The position numbers and the translations under genes are program-made. A stretch of DNA of 63,337 bases, the filler included, from Basidioascus undulatus (taxonomy: Eukaryota): assembly GCA_000826855.1 (NCBI GenBank). It is 3 parts of 3 records of this genome, joined end to end, with 100 filler letters (N's around TTAATTAATTAA, not from the genome) between each part and the next. Parts side by side here need not be neighbours in the genome. Positions count along the whole stretch, not along the records: positions 1 to 21,073 come from JTLS01000344.1; 2 more parts are not named here. One strand, 5' to 3'. Shown one piece after another: positions 1-13,883 of this stretch (position 1 is the stretch's first letter; each line of letters begins with the position of its first letter). The notes below the pieces were generated by a model, which saw only the letters and a list, made by a program, of their open reading frames with translations, had not been told where the DNA came from and searched no databases.

Positions 1-296
1 GGGGGGGGGGGAGGGGGAGGGGGAGCCCGCTGCTGCTGCTGTTTGGGCTTCGTCATCTTTGAAGCAGTCGATGAAGAAGCCGCGGCAGCGGGAGGAGGTG
101 CGGCGGAAGCGGGAGCGGGGGGAGCAGGCTGTTGCTTCTCAGGCGCCCGACTGTAATCTGGCGGGGCGGCGCGCGCTCTCCAGTTGTCCCCAGCTTTATC
201 GCTCCTGCCCTGACGCCCAAAGAGACCGCGGGGGGCCTTGGACGTGCGCTGGGCCGGGGCGGGTGTGGGATCTTGGGTTGGCTGGGAGTCGGGCAT
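1..296 (-). CDS. 5' part of a Pro/Ala-rich hypothetical protein, running off the contig end
   Basis: ATG at 296 opens a stop-free frame (MPDSQPTQDPTPAPAQRTSK...MTKPKQQQQRAPP) to position 1; divergent from TFB5. Confidence 0.45.
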   Translation of the reverse strand, partial: MPDSQPTQDPTPAPAQRTSKAPRGLFGRQGRSDKAGDNWRARAAPPDYSRAPEKQQPAPPAPASAAPPPAAAASSSTASKMTKPKQQQQRAPPPPPPP

Positions 297-641
297 GGTT
301 CGGCGGCGGGGGACAGGGGAGGGGGGTGGGAGGGGAAGGGGGAATGAGGGGAGGAGGGAGAGAGCGTGGGCGTATGTGGCTGTGTGCTTGGGTCCGGGTC
401 TGTGGATAAACGAGCGCGGGAGGGGTCTGGGGGACATCCAACTCGACGAGATGGGTGCGAAGGCAAGAGCAGCCTGGGCAGGGCGCGAAGCTGCGAGCGA
501 AGCCTGGTCCTGTTTAAAGCGCCAAACAACAGCTGCGACGCGTATTAGGATCCCCATGCCCACGTCCAGCCAGGCTCCTCCTTGAACCTCAACCGCCATC
601 ACGCTCGACCACTCGGTCGATTTCCTAATATAGCGGCCACC

Positions 642-983
642 ATGGTCCGCGCAACCAAAGGCGTTCTATTAACCTGGTCCGCACCCTCCCTCTTCCGTTC
701 CTCCTTCCTCCCGCTGATCCCGTCACCCCCGTCCACCTCCCCAGCGATCCCGCCGTAAAGCAGATCATCCTCAACCTCGACGAGCGCAAAAAGTTCATCA
801 TCCAGGACCTCGACATGGAGCACATCCTTGTCAGCGCAGACATGGTCGAAGAGATCAAGCAGGAGCTCGAGGCCGAGGTGCGTCCGCGCAAGGCGGAAGG
901 CGCGGCGGAAGGAGGCTGACGCGTTTCGGAGGACGTGGCAGTTGGAGAAGAACACGTTTAGCCTGGGTGTGGGCGAGGGCTGA
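642..983 (+). CDS. TFB5: TFIIH subunit Tfb5 (TTDA/p8), 3 exons
   Basis: Spliced product MVRATKGVLLTCDPAVKQIILNLDERKKFIIQDLDMEHILVSADMVEEIKQELEAELEKNTFSLGVGEG*; two GT-AG introns; hallmark KGVLxxCDP and FIIxDLD motifs. Confidence 0.95.
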
Positions 984-2739
984 GGGGGGATGAAGAAAAA
1001 GAGAATAGGGATGGGCGTGTGGACGGGTTTGCGGTGCCACCGAAGGAGGGGAAGGAGGTACGCGGGCACTCGCACTTCATCGTCCCTCCCCAGCGCTCAG
1101 CCGAAACTCTCCAACAGCAGGTCGCAAACATCACCTCTTGTCTCCTCTACCGTACCAGCTCCATCCCCACCCCCATTCCCACACCACTTTCGACGCGCCC
1201 GCGCCTTCACAGCGCAGCGTCCGCCCCCCGCGCTCTCGCGCAGTGGTGTCCTACCACCCTGGAACCCAGAACCATGCATCGCTATCTGCTCTGTCTTGCC
1301 GTCTCGTCCTTATTTGCATCCGAATTCACAACGTTCCCACCGTCGCTCGCGCACTGACTCAACTGCCACGCTCGCGTACCTCGCCTTGCCCTCCACGTCT
1401 CCGAGGTCTCTTGCTCGTTCGCATGTCCGCGACCCCACCCCCTCCCTTTGGTTCTCTACACCAAATCCCAACGCCCCCTCCACACGTTCAACTGCTCACC
1501 CGTTCACCGCTCACCCTTTTCACCTTTTGGCCAGTTCCGCACTCCCCACTGTCATTCCATCAAGTCGCTCGCGCGCTGTCGAGGCTGCCCGTGATGGGGA
1601 AGAGAGGCGCGTTTTGCCCCGCAGACACATTCTACGAGTGCCTTTGCTCTATATGCCCCGTCGTCCTGCTGTGGCACAGTCCCATACGTCTTTTCGCGCT
1701 CCAATAGAATCTTTCACTTTTTCAGCACGATCTCGCTCTGCCACACGCGCTGCGCGCAGTGGACTTCCCGTCTAGTCGACCATAAGAAGGTGCGGTCTTT
1801 CAGCTGAGCTATCGCCCCTTCAGACTGGCTGATCTCTTTCTTTCATTCCTCTAACCCAGTGGCGCAAGTCACATCGCTGGCAGGGATCATGGCGCAGAGG
1901 GGAGGAAGTCGGAAGGAAGAGCACTTTGACTGAAGGGGTCTGAAGACCGGGGAGGTGAACTTCACTAATGAATGGCATGACATTATTTATAAAAAGGGAC
2001 AGCGTTCAGTTTTCCAGATTACTTGGCTTATACTGAAATTTGAAGGAAGTTGAATCTCTCTTTCCTTTGGTCGCAACAGACAAGTAGTGACATGCACGGT
2101 GCAGTCGAACTGTGCACCAAACGGCGCACCTCAGCCTTTCTCTTTTGCCCTCTGCTTTCCATATACTGGCGTCATGGATTTGACTTCCTCTCGTACACGA
2201 TGATTTGAAAGTTACACCATGGTTTACTCCGGTTGATGCGAGAGCGCTTGCCCAACTTCCGCTCTACGATGCGCTGGGGCAACCAGGCTTTAAAGAACAT
2301 TGCCCGCAGAGACGAGTGGTGTACTAAATGGCTTTATTCCGGTAAGTCGCGGTCCATGATTACAGGAAACATGCCCTACAGCCTTGTTTGTCAAGCAGAC
2401 GTTGCATCGCTGCTGTATCTTTAGCTAATATCCGCGTATCAGGCGGAGATCGAGTCTACAAGTAAGAAATTGGGATCAGATTGCACGACCGCCAGTCCGC
2501 CAAACATAGCGCAGCATGTGCAGCTTCCAGCACAAAGACGTGCTGCTCGGTTTCAAGCTTCCTCGTGAAGATCCAAAGAGGAAGAGACCGCGCCGGTCCG
2601 ATCGCACTTTCCAGTCCTATGACAGTCGCCTTTGAAGTTGCGCAGTCCATAAAAAACATCAAGTTACTGTCCATGGAACTGACTTAATGTACACATGAAA
2701 GAAAATGCGCCAGACCAAAGTACAAGCGCAAGGAAAAAA

Positions 2740-5128
<2,389 letters not shown>

Positions 5129-6081
5129 GTTGTTGTTCCGTATTCTGCTTCGAGTAAAACCTCAATAGGACAGGAAGCGTTTATATCAGGCCTCGCAACA
5201 TACCTTCTGGCTTCCATCACAAGGACAGAAAAAGCGCAGGAATTGATACTCGTTCGGCTTAGCACCGTCTGCCCCTTCGGGCTCATTAAGAAGCCCGCCC
5301 AAAGTGTCCCTCGCTTTGCAGCACAGAAGATCTAGGAGAGAATGATCTTTGGCTCATCGTGTGCCGCTCTGTAGCACTCGGTCATCTCGTGTGAGATGGC
5401 CGTGCGCAGTCGTGGACGTCTGACTGCATTGCAAAACCAAGCAGGGCAATTACAAGCCCAGGATTCAACGAACGGCTGCAGGTGTACTGATGGGCTCCAT
5501 CCGAAGGAGTCTGGTCAACAGAAACTTCACAAGCACTACATGCGTGCACTCTTAGTGACATTGCATTGCACACAGAAAGACACTAGGCAGTCTGCATCGA
5601 ATGTGCCCGCCAGTTGTTTCGACAATGCACAACTGGGTGACTGTTTACAGCACAAGTTGACCTGCATATGATTACAAAATCCTTCCACCGCTAAAAGACT
5701 TTTTGCGCCCGGGGTCGATCTCTGGCCGCGGCGCGCACCGAGCCAGCTGTTGGGCACGCCTTTGCACGGCCGGAGCTTCCGCTTTTCCGTCGAATACTTG
5801 GGGCAGAATATGCGAGACTGTGCACACCGTGCAGTTTCAAAAGTTCTAGACACAGTCTCGACTGTTGTGCGAAGCGATTTATCGTGGCGGTGCGAAAATG
5901 CCGCCGCGCTTCAGAGGGAGTGGCAGAGTTGAGTTCTCGGCGGCACAGCTCCGCGTGCCAGCCACAGATCAGGAACTTCGTTAATATCATAAAAAGTCAT
6001 AGAAAGAACTTGAAAAAAACGAAGGAAAAGTGCGGCATAACGAAACAGTATCAAGCGTCCAGACCCCCTCAGCCACGACGG

Positions 6082-8130
6082 TCACCAAATGCCCAAGGTC
6101 CGCATGAACCTCCTCATCCTTTCCTTCGCCTCCTAATCGTCCGCGAACGCAAAGTACCAAGCCCCTGATCGCCTCCGCGACGTGCACCCTCGCGTCGCTA
6201 TGATCATACTCGTAGTTCGCACCTGCTCGCCCAGCGACCCCGCCGCGGTCAGCCGCTAGCGTTCAGCTTTCATCCACCCTCCGTCGCGTCTTTCACGGGA
6301 TGCAGACGAAGACTCACCTCTCAGCCAGCGCGTTCGCAACCTCTCCACGTCATAGAACCGGTTCTCTCCCTTCTTGCCCCTGATCTTCCCGAGCACCTTC
6401 CGCGCTTCGGCCTTGTCCGGCCAGCGGTCGAGGATGCTCGACCACCCGTACCTCGCGCCGGCCAGGTCCGGGCGGCGCATCTCGCGCTGCTCCTCGCAGA
6501 CCGAGTCGCCTCGGACACGCCGTCTATCGCGTCGTCGAATGCGTCCCTGCCGCCCATCCCCCCGAGCAGTATGTCCGCGTCCCGGGCGGACATGCCTGAG
6601 CCCTGGCGCCGCGCGAACGAGGTGGTCGTACGCGCCGTCGAGGTTGAGGAACGCGCTCTCGAGCGTGTACGTGAACTCCCTGTGCGCACTCGTCAGGCCG
6701 TGCTCCAGCACTGGCAGCGCGCGCTTGCGCAGCGCGGACGACTGCGCGGACAGGTGCGCGACGGCCGTCTGCTTGGCGGAATCCGGCGCGCCCGGCGCGT
6801 CGAGGACGCGCACGAGGTCGTCGTTCGCCTTGACGACGACAAAGATCGCTGCGCCATCGTTCCATTCGGCGTTGGACGGCTCACGGTCGTCCTCGTCGTC
6901 ATCGTCCTCGTCGTCTTCGTCGCTCTCGGACTCGGAGCCTCCTTGACGAGAGCCTTGAAGATCTCAAGCGTCGGTGTGACTTTGAACGCCGCGATGCGTG
7001 TGTCGGCCAGAAGGGAGCGCAGGCGGGGCACGGCGACCGTCTTCGCGGGTGTCCAATGCTTGTCGTAGTACTTCTCGCCGAGCACGTCCTCGCCCGTGTC
7101 GCCTGCCAGCGAGCAGGAAAAAGCATAATAAGTACATGATCCAACACATTGCACTTTGGCGAAGGGGTGAAAGTGTTCGGGCACGTACCGTCTTCAGGCC
7201 GCAGCTTCTCCTTGAGCTTGTCCGTCAGCTTGAGCTTCTCCACGTCCTTCAGGATCTCCTTGACGATATCCTTGTCCGCTTCGGACCCGCGCGCGAGCGC
7301 CGTGAGGAGGAGGTCCCTCCACAGCCACGCGAAGACGCTCCCGAACCAGAAGCTGAAATAGACGCGCTTCTTCTTCGAGTCGAACACCTCGACCTCGTGG
7401 TCCATGTCGCGGAACTCAGTGCTGTTTGACAAAAGGTCCGTTGTATTTAGCGTCATGTTCGGACAGAAATGGAACGAAGTAGAGATGAGGAAAGGAAGGC
7501 TGCGACAAGGACGATGCACCGGCTGCCGCTGCTGTGCAGCCTGCGCATGACGCTCTGGCAGAGCATGAGGCTCTTGTGCACCTGCGGGATCTCCGAGCCA
7601 GACTCGATCCCGACCTCGAACAGCTTCGAAAACTAGTCGGCGATCTGGCCAGCAATACCGCCCATCATCTCCCCCTGCGTGTCGTTACGCCTCTGCATCA
7701 GCTTCGCTGTCTTCCCGCCGACAACGTTCACAAAAACATGCGCATCTGCTCGTATTAACAATTCTTCCAGTTCCTCCTCATGTCCTTCCTAGCACCTTCA
7801 GCCTCTTCTCCAGACTCTTCTCGCGCTCCTTGTACCGGATGACGTCCTCCGCCGCCTCCTTCTTCGTCTGCGTGCCGTACTCGGCCTGCGCGCGGCAGCG
7901 AGGATGTGGGCGATATTGCTCGGGTGCTGGGCCGGCAACGCGTCGAGCGCCGGAGAGAGATGCGAGAGGAGGGCTTTGCGGAGGAGGTGCGCGGGGAGAG
8001 CGGAGAGCGTGGAGGGGCGGGCGCTGGGGGCGTCGGAGGGCGCGGTGACGGTCCTGGATGAGGACGCGGCGGCGGGGGACGGCTGGGCGAGGGCGGTAGA
8101 TCCGGTGCTGCTGCGTTTCTTGGGAGGCAT
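6082..8130 (-). pseudogene. Multi-exon gene of unknown family, disrupted
   Basis: ATG (MPPKKRSS) at 8130; coding-like exons with GT-AG introns; in-frame TAG at 7633-7635; frameshifts near 7890, 7785, 6940, 6600 and 6510. Confidence 0.7.
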
Positions 8131-8440
8131 AGCAATCGATTGTAAGGTCAGTACCCGGCTTGTGGGAGGTTGATGATGATCAGGAAAAGAGAGAGTCGTA
8201 ACGAGAATGAGAGATTTGGAGAGCGCGCTGGGTACGCGTTCGCGTTTCAGGTGTTTCAGGTGTTCATTTCGCGTTTCACGCCTGCCCAGCATCGCCATAT
8301 AAAAGGGATGAGGTGCCGACTACAAGATCGCCTTCCCTAAGTGCTTCTATCCGCACAACGAATGCTCGAAAACATTTCTAGAGGTTTCCTCGAGGCAGTT
8401 TCCTCTAGACAGTCTGTCAAGACTCAAGGGTACGCATGAA

Positions 8441-10242
8441 TTAGGTGCGGTCCTCTACGTCGTCGGACGGTCCGCGCTCTATATCTCTGCCCCCATCCTT
8501 CCCCACCCACTGCACAAGCTTCCGTACGTATCCAGGTCGGACAGCCTCCGGTCTCTTCTCCAACACAGCCATCACGACAGCCGTGCTCAGCCCGACGAGG
8601 ATGACCTCTCCGCCTCTGCCATCCGAATCCTGTCAGCGTTCCGTCCTGTAAAGACGGCCCGAAAAGGAAGAAAGACGCACGGGACGCCCCTCCATCCTCT
8701 CCGCTTACACTCCACGTCCGCCGCCATGCGTGCAACGTACATCCCCAACTGCCTCCTCCGCTCAGCAGGCACCGCGAACGAGAACAGCGCCGAGGCGAAG
8801 CCATTGAGGTTCCACCGCGCGGCGGGAAGCGTGCGCGCGGGTAAGAGGCGCTGCAGTGCGCAGGCGGACGCCCAGGCGACGGCGATGCTGCCTGAGATGA
8901 GGGTCGCGTTTTGGGAGGTGGAGCGGAGGAGGGCGAGGAGGGCGTGGGAAGGACTGAGGGCAGATGGGATGGGCGGTGTAAGAAATCAAGCAGATTCTGA
9001 TGGGTTAATGCGGCACAGAGAACACCCTCACTTGGCGAGAGATTTTCGCAGCCGCAGAAGAGCACCGAGGAGCGCGAAGATGCCGGCAAAGCGCGCAGCG
9101 CCGAGCCACTCGTTCGCGAAGAACCTCGCAAAGTTCCGCGAGCAGCTGGGCTCCTGCGGATGGAGAACCGCGCAGAGCGTGCGCGTGTGAAGCGGATGGG
9201 CGGGGCCGTGCTCGAGGATCGGCTGGACGGGCGCGAGCCAGGCGGGGGCGTCGGAGGCGGAAGGTGCCGTGGCCGGCGGGCGCAGGAGGGGAGAGGTGTA
9301 GGAAGGGTATGGGTCCGGGGAGAGTGACTGATACTCAATGAAGCGGACGATCTCGGTGAGGGTAGGCCAGGGGACGGAGCGCGGGAGATGCGCTGGGCGA
9401 GGAGGGACGTATGACGAGGAGCGCTGGTTCGTGGAGATATGAGTATACGAGGAAAAAGGGGCAGGGCTGGACGGGACGCACGTTCATGATGACCCGCGAG
9501 TAGCCCGCGGGAGACACGTCCGGCGCAAAGATGAAAGCGTCGAGCAGTCGTGCGTTCCCCACAGCGTACAACATCCAGCTCCCAACCGAGCTCGGCACCC
9601 ACTCGAGCTTCCCCTGAGCGCGCAGGATCTCGTACATGCTCTCGAGCGCCGCAGAGAGACTGTGCATCGCGAGAGAGTGTCGGAGTGTTGATGTACGCGG
9701 GAGGAGGAGGAGCGATAGGGACGGGAGAGCGTTGAGGAGGTGAGGGGAGATGCGGAGATGGCGGAGGGCGTGGCGGAGGCGAGGGAGAAGACGCTGGAGG
9801 AGGAGATAGAGCGAGAGGGAGAGCGCGCGCTGATGCGCGGTGAGGTTGAAGAGCTTAAAACTCGGTCTGAGAACAAATAACAGGGTAAAAATGCTGGATC
9901 AGCAAAGGATTGGAACCGAAGTGTGCGTACCTTCGCCGGCGCAGACTCCCCGCTATCCCATCTGCCAGAGCACCAAGAGCCCATACGACCACATACACCC
10001 TGAGCGCAGCTCTAGATGTAGGTGCTAGACTGAAGGCCCCCAATTCCGCCCTCTTCAGCGTTGTTCCTTCTCCCTCAGACTCGCGCGACCACTCACTCGT
10101 CCGGCCCCTCCGACTGGACCGACTTCGGAGGCGGCGGCAGTGCCTTGGGCACCTCCACCCGCCGTTTTTGAAGAGCTCTGCAGAGGGCGTGCCGCTCTCT
10201 CGTGGTAAGTGCAAGAGAGATCGGGTCCGCTATAGGTGCCAT
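8441..10242 (-). CDS. TMEM135/PXMP4-like multi-pass membrane protein
   Basis: Spliced frames give hydrophobic segments and motifs LCAVLHPQEPSC, NGFASALFSFAVPAERRRQLGMYVAR and GEVILVGLSTAV; no lesion seen. Confidence 0.7.
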
Positions 10243-10646
10243 GCTGAGGTAATGGTGGTCAACGGGAGACAAATGTCGAGCGGCATCAAGCCTTGCGAGG
10301 ACACTTCGGGTTGGTTTCTTCGAGTCGCCGGCACACGTGAAAGGTAACGAGGGAGTTTCGCCAATGAAACGGTTCTTTGAAACACGACTGCAAACACTGC
10401 CAGTTGGAGGCATGGCGAGGCTATAGCACTCTTTATGAAGGTTGTAGGTCGCAAGCGCTTTGAATTATATCAGGCAAATGAAGCGTCGCCGACGCCTTGT
10501 GGCGCGCCAATGTTGGTACCATCCATTGCAGCAGCTCATGGCTTCCCTAGCAGGCAGCAACGATGACTGTTGTCACTCTGGCCAATCAAGGCTTCACATT
10601 TATTAAATATAAGAGTTTCTGACGTCGAGCGAAATGTCCGGTCCGT

Positions 10647-11779
10647 CTACACTCTCTTGACCAGCATCACGCCCAGCGGCCACGCCACCTCCAGTGTCCC
10701 GACATCGCCGGTCTCCTTCGTGAGCTCCTCGAGAAAGCGGCTCACAACATCCCCATCCGCCCGCTCCTGGTCACCAGCGTTCTGTTCCTGATAAGTGTGA
10801 ACCGCCGAGAAAGTCCTCAAGTAGGCTGTATTCCCCTCACGCGCTCTAATCAGTCCATCCTCGTGTATTTGATGAAACAAACCCACGCGCACCTTCGAAT
10901 GTCCCCCAGTCCATCTCCCTCTTCATGAGCAGGCCATCGCACTCACCACCGTTCTCTCCCGGACGCAGGAACTTCACGCGCCGGCCCTCGCCCCACCCGT
11001 CCTCACGCGCCGGGAACGGCACTGGGTCAAGCAGAGAGACGACAATGCTCCGGCCGGGCTGCTCCCAGTGCGGGCCTAGCCAGTCCGCGCCGCGTTGAAA
11101 CGCGTCAAGCAGCGGGCGCGTGGCGGGGTGAGAGGGGAGGAGTGCTTCGCCGTAGCCCTGTGAGCGTCATTCGGAGGTTGCGTCAGCTGGAAATGAGAAT
11201 GACGAGACGAGCATTGCGACACACCCAGTAAGCTACTGTTCCACCAGGACGAACGACCTTCCTAAGCTCGGACCACACACGCCCGTGATCAAACCAGTGT
11301 GCAGCCTGCCCTGTCCGCCCAACCAAGCTGTCAGCATCCTCACCACTGGGCTCGTTCCCACGTGCACTCACCAGCCGTGACCAGATCCACATTCCCAACA
11401 ACGCCTCCCTCAGTACCTCCCAGTACGTCTGCCAACTTCTCCCCGTCCCCAACCTTCCAGTCCAGGCCCTCAGCCCCCTGCTGCGCCGCCGCCGCCTTGC
11501 GCACCATCCCCTCGCTCGGATCGACGCCGATGGTCCTCGCGAACCGTTCTCGCAGGACGCGGGTCACCTGCCCCGTTCCGCATCCTACGTCGACGGCGGT
11601 ACCCCACTTAGCCCCGCCTGTGGACGCGTGGAAGTCGTAGATGACATTAAAGAGCGTGGGCGGGTAGGTCGGGCGTGCGAGGGCGTAGCGGGTGGCGGAG
11701 AACCTGGAGAGTGGCTGTTAGAGCGACTGTGGCATATCATAGAGGCTGATGCGTACGTAGGGGAGGAGAAGGTGGCCAT
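10647..11779 (-). CDS. Class I SAM-dependent methyltransferase (Tmt1/Crg1-like)
   Basis: MATFSSPTFSATRYALARPTYP, motif I VDVGCGTGQ, GVDPSEGMV, DLVTAGQAAHWFD, RPGGTVAYWGY, HWEQPGR. Confidence 0.9.
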
Positions 11780-13883
11780 TCTTGTTGTTTTACAAGACAC
11801 GGTAGAATCGACCAAGACGTGTGCAGGAGGGAGATGAGGGAGGAATGAAGACGGAGACGCGTCGATCATTATCCGAGTCACGATTATATCAACAGCCGCG
11901 CCGACTTGCGCCGATGTGCGCGTTTCAGCTGGATATGGGCGACAAGGCTACAAATAATCTGTTTCGGAAACCGCAGCGCGTATGAAAGAAAATTGTAAGT
12001 TGGTAAGAAATGTAGGAAGTGGCCAAATAACACTGCGAGGGGCGGCTGGATGCCGTTGGACGGGTCGCTGCCGCAGGCGGATACGCGTTGCTCGTGTGCG
12101 CCTGTCGATTTCACCATAGAACGGTATGAACCCAGTCTATTATCAGATCACAAGGCAGTGAACGAAATGAACCAATTGAAATGCCAGGTCTCTACGACGC
12201 ACAATCGCCCTACCCTTCCCCCCCACGCGCGACTCTGACTTGGAGTATTTCACAGTCACTTGAAGAAATTTCAGAACAACATTCATATTTCTCAGTACCC
12301 CAACAGTGGACTTTGTCAAGATGGTTTCGACGCAGGAAAAGGCAACATCAAAATTGTCTCTCGCGATTGTACGGAGACGCTCTTTCCTTTGACATCTCAC
12401 TGTGCACGATGCGATTGTTTGAGGTCACCAGTTAGCTATTACCGTTACATGGGAGTTTCAGACACAAAGATACAGTGCAAAAATTACATGTTACGTTGGC
12501 AGGCATCGACCAACACATTTCTTGAAACCTGCGCTGTACACCGAGCTTCTAGGGTATGTTGTCCGGGGTATGTCCATGAAAGAAAAGCAACTTTTCTCGT
12601 CCCGGGAATTCCCGATGCACCGCTGATCAACACCTCGTGGCACAAAACCTTCGCGCAAGTTCGCAGCTGCAGGCAGACAACAAGCGGGAAGGCGGTGGCA
12701 GTTCACAATTGCCAAGGAACTATGTACTGGCCGCTCTACTTCCTTACAGACCCTCATCGGCAATCGATGGAGGGATTCTCTATGCCAGTTCGCGTTCACT
12801 CGAACGGTCTTGAATATAAGAACTGCCTGCTCGGTGAAAAGACGGTGATGGACGGCCAGCGAGTGTAAGGGGTTTCGAAGCCAACGTTCGAACCGACTGA
12901 TTTGGGCGCAGTTCTCTAGCGAACAATCCAATCTGGTAATTTCAGAAGGCTTCAAATCAATCATCTTTCAACTTGCGGAGGTAATTCGTCTGTTCCAGCT
13001 GGCCGTTGCTCATCCTCGCAACTTCGGCGTCGCATGTGCCATTTCTGCACCTTCTTGAGGGTAGTTGCCTCCACAGCGGGAGCCCGTACATGCAAAACAT
13101 CCAGTATTTTGACACTTATCAGCGCAATTAGTTGGAGGGTCAAACCTCTTTATCTGACCGCTGGTCCCGCTCACCCTCCGATCCAGGCCTGACGGAGCAG
13201 GGCGTTCGCCGGCTGACCTCGCCAGGCAGCTGAAAGAGCTGCCTCTAAGCGAGATCCTAACATGCAAAGTTATGATGAGTTTATTATTGGAGATGCTTTT
13301 GAATGAGGACAAAGACGAGCGCCTGGGTGCATGAAGCCACCAAATGTGACGGATACCCAAGCGATGCCACTGAGAGACGTCGTGAGCTCTGCTCTGCACA
13401 CAGAACACAATCTGAGGCTGATTACTGCCCATGGCCATGTGATAGCCGGAGAAGCCAGCGGTTTGCAGGGCGGCTGCAGGCCAGGTTGTCCGGGTGTCGA
13501 CGGGTACATAGATGCCAAGGCGACCTTAAAGCCACACGGCAAAGATAGCGTGGCCCAGACGACCCTTCCCGCGGCGCCTCGCTTTGTGCAACGCATGGAC
13601 CGGACAGCTCTTCCGTAGCCCAAGCCCTGCTTCCTGCACATCCGCACGTCTTCACAGTGCATTTCCGCGCAAAGTGCCTGAAGGTTGGCCCCAGCCAAGA
13701 GCTGTCCGCGGCGTACACGTGAGTGATCGAAAACTCTGCCCTGGTGTTTGTTGGAGGCGTTCCTGGGTTGGGGCAACAAATGGGACTCCGCAATAGAACA
13801 CATAAAGGAGTGGGGCTCCTTGATCGAAGAAAAAGATCGTTTCTTCCTCACACGACTGACAACGTTGCAACACGACCGTCAAG

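Noticed and set aside
8424..9602. 392-aa ORF and similar long ORFs (990-1775, 43924-45162, 41394-42293)
   Set aside because: Off-frame or antisense shadows of GC-rich genes or low-complexity sequence; composition is Arg/Pro/Ser-biased with no motifs
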